In this document: positions 61,201-64,000 of the stretch, in pieces | How the letters are laid out: each line of letters starts with the position of its first letter | Position numbering within the stretch: position 1 is the first letter of the stretch | NCBI RefSeq assembly: GCF_963676685.1 | Contig: NC_092356.1 | Coordinates: forward strand, 30,194,001-30,258,000 | Length of the DNA: 64,000 nucleotides | Direction of reading: 5' to 3' | Origin: Mytilus edulis | Lineage: Eukaryota | Position numbers and translations under genes: made by a program | The notes under the pieces: model-generated | Databases searched by the model: none | Told to the model about the DNA's origin: nothing | The model's input: only the letters and a program-made list of their open reading frames with translations

Positions 61201-62961
61201 TTGTTGTTTTCTAGCCATCGCCCTAGTAACAACACAAGCTGGATATAATTCAGCATCATCTTCAGGTGATTTAACATCCACCACTGGTTCACTGGTAACA
61301 ATTGGTTCAGCAACCACTTTGTTCCTAGCTAGATCATTTCCTAGCAATAATGTAACACCCTCAACAGGGAGATTAGGACGAACACCCACAATAACTGGTC
61401 CAGTTATTAAATCTGACTTCAGATAAATACGATGGAGAGGAACATCTATACAACCCAACTCTACACCTTGTAACAAAACGGAGGCACCAACAGAAGTCTT
61501 CTCGGACAAAGGCAACACACCTTCTAACAATAAAGACTGAGAAGCTCCAGTGTCTCGTAAAATCTTAATAGGCTGAAGAGTGGTATCATCAACAATAGAA
61601 ATAAACCCATCAGACATAAAGGGTTTATATTCCTCCATGTAATCACAAAAACTGGACTTAAAAGCCTGACGCGCAGGGCATTCCAATGTACTGGTAATAT
61701 AAGGTGTCGTACAAGCACTGGTCTTCGGCTTATTATCTCGTTCATTCTTCTTCTGGAGTCTAAAACAATCAGCCATCAGGTGACCAATCTTCTTACAATA
61801 AGCACAAGTCAGTGACTTCTTCTCAAAAGTATCAAATTTTGGACTAGACATATTATAACTGGACTGACTCTTATTCTGTGGAACAGGCTTACTATCAGTA
61901 TGCTCAGTGCTTTGATTTTTGTAATTTCCACTGGAAGTATTAACATTTTGACCCTTGAAACTTCTTTTATGTGAAAGAGTATAATTATCTGAAATAACAG
62001 CTGCATCATGTATTGACTCAACAGTTTTGTCGTCTAAATGTGTTTTTAAGTCTAAATGAACACATTGTTTGAACTCTTCTAATAACATCAATTGTCTTAG
62101 GTTATCAAAATTGTTGTTTGTTTTCTTTGAAGTAAGCCATTTATCAAATAGATCTTCTTTTTCCCGAGCAAATTCCACATAGGTTTGCGAATCAAACTTT
62201 TTATAAGATCTAAATTTCTGTCTGTATGCTTCTGGTACTAGCTCATAAGCTTTCAAAACTTCCTGTTTCACCGTGTCATAGTCTGAACTTTTTTCTGATG
62301 GAAGTGCGGAGTATATTTCAGCGGCTTTACCCTCAAAAACACTTTGTAGCATTGTAGTCCAATATGGCTTTGGCCAATTCAAATTATTAGCAATTTTCTC
62401 AAACTGTGGAAAATATTTATCGACTGTTTTTTCACAAAATTTTGGAACCAAACGTATATTTTTTGCTGCATCAAAATAATCTGATTTCGACTGGACTTTA
62501 GTGTTGCTTTCTTCTTTGACCATTTCAATTTTCAGTTTTTCCATCTCTAGCCTTTCTCTCATTTCAAGTTCTTTTAATTTTAATTCATCTTCTTTTATTT
62601 TCTCCCTCTCCTTCATTTCCAGTTCTTTTAATTTAAATTCATCTTCTTTTTCTTTTCTCTCTATTTCCAACCTTTCCTTCATTTCCAGTTCTGCTTGTTT
62701 TAATTTAAATTCATGTTCTAATTCAAGCTGTTTTAATTTAAAGGCATCTACATTTTCGACCTTAAGTTCAAGAGCCTCTTCACCTAAAATTTCTGCGTCA
62801 ACTAATTTGTCTATAACCAAATTTTTTATAATTTGTTTTCTCATAGATACTTTAAAATTTAACTTCAGATGTTTAGCAAGCAACACTAATTCGTCTTTCT
62901 TTAAATTATCAAAAGTCTCCAGGTCTGGCGTTTTCAAAAATTTACCGGCATCAAATGCCAT
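58228..62961 (-). CDS. Gag-Pol polyprotein, 1577 aa: Gag (coiled coil, SCAN-like, CCHC) - protease - integrase - RT - RNase H
   Basis: CAYCKKIGHLMADC; LRDTGAS; H..H..C..C zinc finger, then IDCVGP / SDQGSNF / ERFH (DDE); RT with YIDD; RNase H DAS..EKE..TDH. Confidence 0.97.
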   Translation of the reverse strand: MAFDAGKFLKTPDLETFDNLKKDELVLLAKHLKLNFKVSMRKQIIKNLVIDKLVDAEILGEEALELKVENVDAFKLKQLELEHEFKLKQAELEMKERLEIERKEKEDEFKLKELEMKEREKIKEDELKLKELEMRERLEMEKLKIEMVKEESNTKVQSKSDYFDAAKNIRLVPKFCEKTVDKYFPQFEKIANNLNWPKPYWTTMLQSVFEGKAAEIYSALPSEKSSDYDTVKQEVLKAYELVPEAYRQKFRSYKKFDSQTYVEFAREKEDLFDKWLTSKKTNNNFDNLRQLMLLEEFKQCVHLDLKTHLDDKTVESIHDAAVISDNYTLSHKRSFKGQNVNTSSGNYKNQSTEHTDSKPVPQNKSQSSYNMSSPKFDTFEKKSLTCAYCKKIGHLMADCFRLQKKNERDNKPKTSACTTPYITSTLECPARQAFKSSFCDYMEEYKPFMSDGFISIVDDTTLQPIKILRDTGASQSLLLEGVLPLSEKTSVGASVLLQGVELGCIDVPLHRIYLKSDLITGPVIVGVRPNLPVEGVTLLLGNDLARNKVVAEPIVTSEPVVDVKSPEDDAELYPACVVTRAMARKQQDENLQTDKFDYMDLSDTFIADIEGPGNSEKAIIKPPSVNKNVIMPWPDVNSHSLDRKNLSEEQHKDPEVLQLSQRAQPQEEADKVAECYYHQDGILMRKWRPPDATPEEEWRVVYQVVVPKVYRQEIIGLAHDTPLAGHLGIRKTCLKILQHFYWPKLRNDVAEYCKSCHTCQVVGKPNQKIPPAPLLPIPAFDEPFSRVLIDCVGPLPKTKTGNAYLLTIMCTSTRFPEAIPLRNINTPTIVKALIKFFTLVGLPKSIQSDQGSNFMSGLFQQVVYQLGIAQYRSSAYHPESQGALERFHQTLKNMIRTFCLQFDRDWDDGVHFLLFAVREAVQESLGFSPFELVFGHTVRGPLKLIKEKWLTEHTDLNLLDYVSRFKEKLYTACQIAQKNLKNVQNKMKIWYDKDARDRVFEPGDKVLVFLPVPGHPLQAKYCGPYTIESKINDLNYIVKTPGRRKQNRVCHINMLKPYFERTNVLCDSKPVATLGMVKFENNHDKPDVIEPTFSCKTMEETVRLKNSEILSNLDSKLAHLSFDRREEIKTLVFSFKNLFPDVPNKTTAVCHDVDVGDASPIKQHPYRLNPLKLEAMRKEIKYMLDNDIIEPSNSEWSSPCLLVPKPDKTFRFVTDFRKVNSVSKSDSYPIPRIDDCIDNIGQAKFVSKFDLLKGYWQVPLTQRAREISAFVTPDGLFQYTVMPFGMKSAPATFQRMINNVIKDLDCCYAYIDDLIVCSDSWEQHLTHLYDTFDRLSKSNLTVNLGKSEFCQATVEYLGHTVGQGQVKPIMAKVEAISKFPPPTNRKQLMRYLGMIGFYRKFCSNFATVVQPLTHLLRKDSKFIWSENCQKAFENSKSLLINSPVLITPDFEKQFKLAVDASDVGIGAVLYQETDDNVEKPISYFSKKLDKHQKNYSTIEKECFAMLSALQHFDVYLNPTVYPILVYTDHNPLTFMHKMRNKNQRLTRWSLLLQEYDVIVKHIKGKDNVIADALYRAY

Positions 62962-63029
62962 TTTGTAGAATTTTGTTGGCTAGTTATAATGAAAATATTG
63001 AAAAAATTTTGAATAATATATTTTCAGTC

Positions 63030-63046
63030 TCCCGGACGAGCCCCCA
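63030..63046 (-). other. Primer binding site for tRNA-Pro
   Basis: TGGGGGCTCGTCCGGGA, complementary to the 3' end of eukaryotic tRNA-Pro, 5 nt from the LTR. Confidence 0.85.
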
Positions 63047-63051
63047 ATTTC

Positions 63052-63657
63052 TGTTACGGCCAGAAATCGCCTTTAAATTGTAGCCAACAAAAGACACAAA
63101 TCAATAATAAAATTTAACAATATTTATTATACAAAAGTTTACAAGAAGTATTTTACAAATATTACTGATAACTTAACTGTCAAAATATGAGTCCACTCTT
63201 TTATCTTTATCTGTATCCGGAAATCTTTCGGAATCCAATCTGAATATTACGTTCACTACTAAGGTCACAATCCAGTATGATGTTGTTTGTAGAATAAAAG
63301 TGTCAATCCAAATGCTGTGAATACTAATGTCTATCAATGTCTATGTCCAAGTTTTAATTATGAGAGTTTAACTTTAGTGTCTGTATATATAATGTTATCA
63401 ATGGAAAATTCTAGAACACTCTATAATGGAACATTGTGGAAAATCCTGGAAAGTTACAACGGAAGTTTCTGGAATAACGTAGAAGTTTAAATTACGCATC
63501 TTTTATAAGGATCATTCTAGAAAGTTCCAATCATTCTGTGATTGTTCCAGTGATTCCTAAACTGCACAATTATAAGATTATTTGGTAAACAACTATCAGG
63601 CCATACAACACAAATTAGGCCAACATAAATAAACATAATAATTACAATATCATAACA
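63052..63657 (-). repeat. 5' LTR (606 bp)
   Basis: Matches 57538-58143; followed by the PBS. Confidence 0.95.
63384..63527 (-). promoter_or_regulatory. LTR promoter: TATA-like box plus three perfect heat-shock elements
   Basis: GAAaaTTCtaGAA (63404-63416), GAAgtTTCtgGAA (63462-63474), TTCtaGAAagTTC (63515-63527); TATATA at 63384-63391; same set in the other LTR (57870-58013). Confidence 0.7.
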
Positions 63658-63661
63658 ATGT

Positions 63662-64000
63662 CGTAATAAAATTTACGGAGTGTCATTTTTAATCTTTTCT
63701 CTTATTAACTTCAGTAGTTTTTGCGTCAAAAGAGCACTCCTGTATATATTGTCCGTATAGCATGAACGAGCATAACGTATTAACTGAATTATGTCTCGTA
63801 TAGCATGAACATGAACATGCACGAGCATAACGTATTAACTGAGATATGTTCCGTATAGCATGAACATGCACGAGCATAACGTATAAACTGAGATTGTAAA
63901 TGTAATATCATTCGGCAGATGATATGTTACTGGTGAGAAATGAGAAAAATGATAATTCGAAAGTTGAAATCATCCCGTTTGTCATCGATTTTAGTGTGAA
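63662..64000 (-). mobile_element. Penelope-like RT fragment split by the Gypsy insertion (other half at ~57480-57537)
   Basis: Rejoined minus strand reads RLKMTLRKFY.RHYELVDLYNVSV; paralogous to 24604-24860. Confidence 0.75.

Larger units (their letters stand above)
57538..63657 (-). mobile_element. Full-length Gmr1-type Ty3/Gypsy LTR retrotransposon
   Basis: Two 606-bp LTRs (TG..CA) with no difference seen by eye, 4-bp TSD ATGT, PBS, PPT and an intact single ORF. Confidence 0.97.

Noticed and set aside
59522-62968. Plus-strand ORFs inside the Gypsy element
   Set aside because: Antisense shadows of gag-pol; the Ser/Phe-rich one mirrors the Glu/Lys coiled coil. No env-like ORF was seen.

Overview
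AT-rich eukaryotic DNA, most likely from a bivalve mollusc (Mytilus-like; inferred from the repeat and protein families, not proven). Most of the window is transposable elements and satellites. Host genes: (i) the 5' part of a minus-strand gene for a secreted coiled-coil plus short-chain-collagen-C4-like protein (exons 1573-1198 and 676-605, continuing off-window); (ii) a disrupted cGAS-like receptor (cGLR/Mab-21 nucleotidyltransferase with C-terminal helical/TPR-like region), with probable exons at 22547-22627, 25121-25460 and 28112-29932. Mobile elements: a degenerate RTE LINE; a decayed Academ-type DNA transposon and a non-autonomous TAG..CTA element carrying four nested layers of insertions; many Penelope-like RT remnants; tRNA-derived SINEs; Helentron-type non-autonomous elements; a family of ~370-bp hammerhead-ribozyme (retrozyme-like) repeats with one catalytically intact core; a decayed Crypton-like tyrosine-recombinase element with long terminal DNA palindromes; and an intact, very young Gmr1-type Gypsy LTR retrotransposon (integrase before RT) whose LTR has an array of heat-shock elements next to the TATA box. 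Tandem arrays have 43-, 64-, 168- and degenerate 28-bp units, and a ~5-kb block upstream of the cGLR gene is duplicated ~30.4 kb downstream. The most interesting leads are the HSE-bearing retrotransposon, the hairpin-ended YR element and its related palindromic MITE, and the retrozyme family. All calls come from reading the sequence by eye; no database searches were run and boundaries of decayed repeats are approximate.
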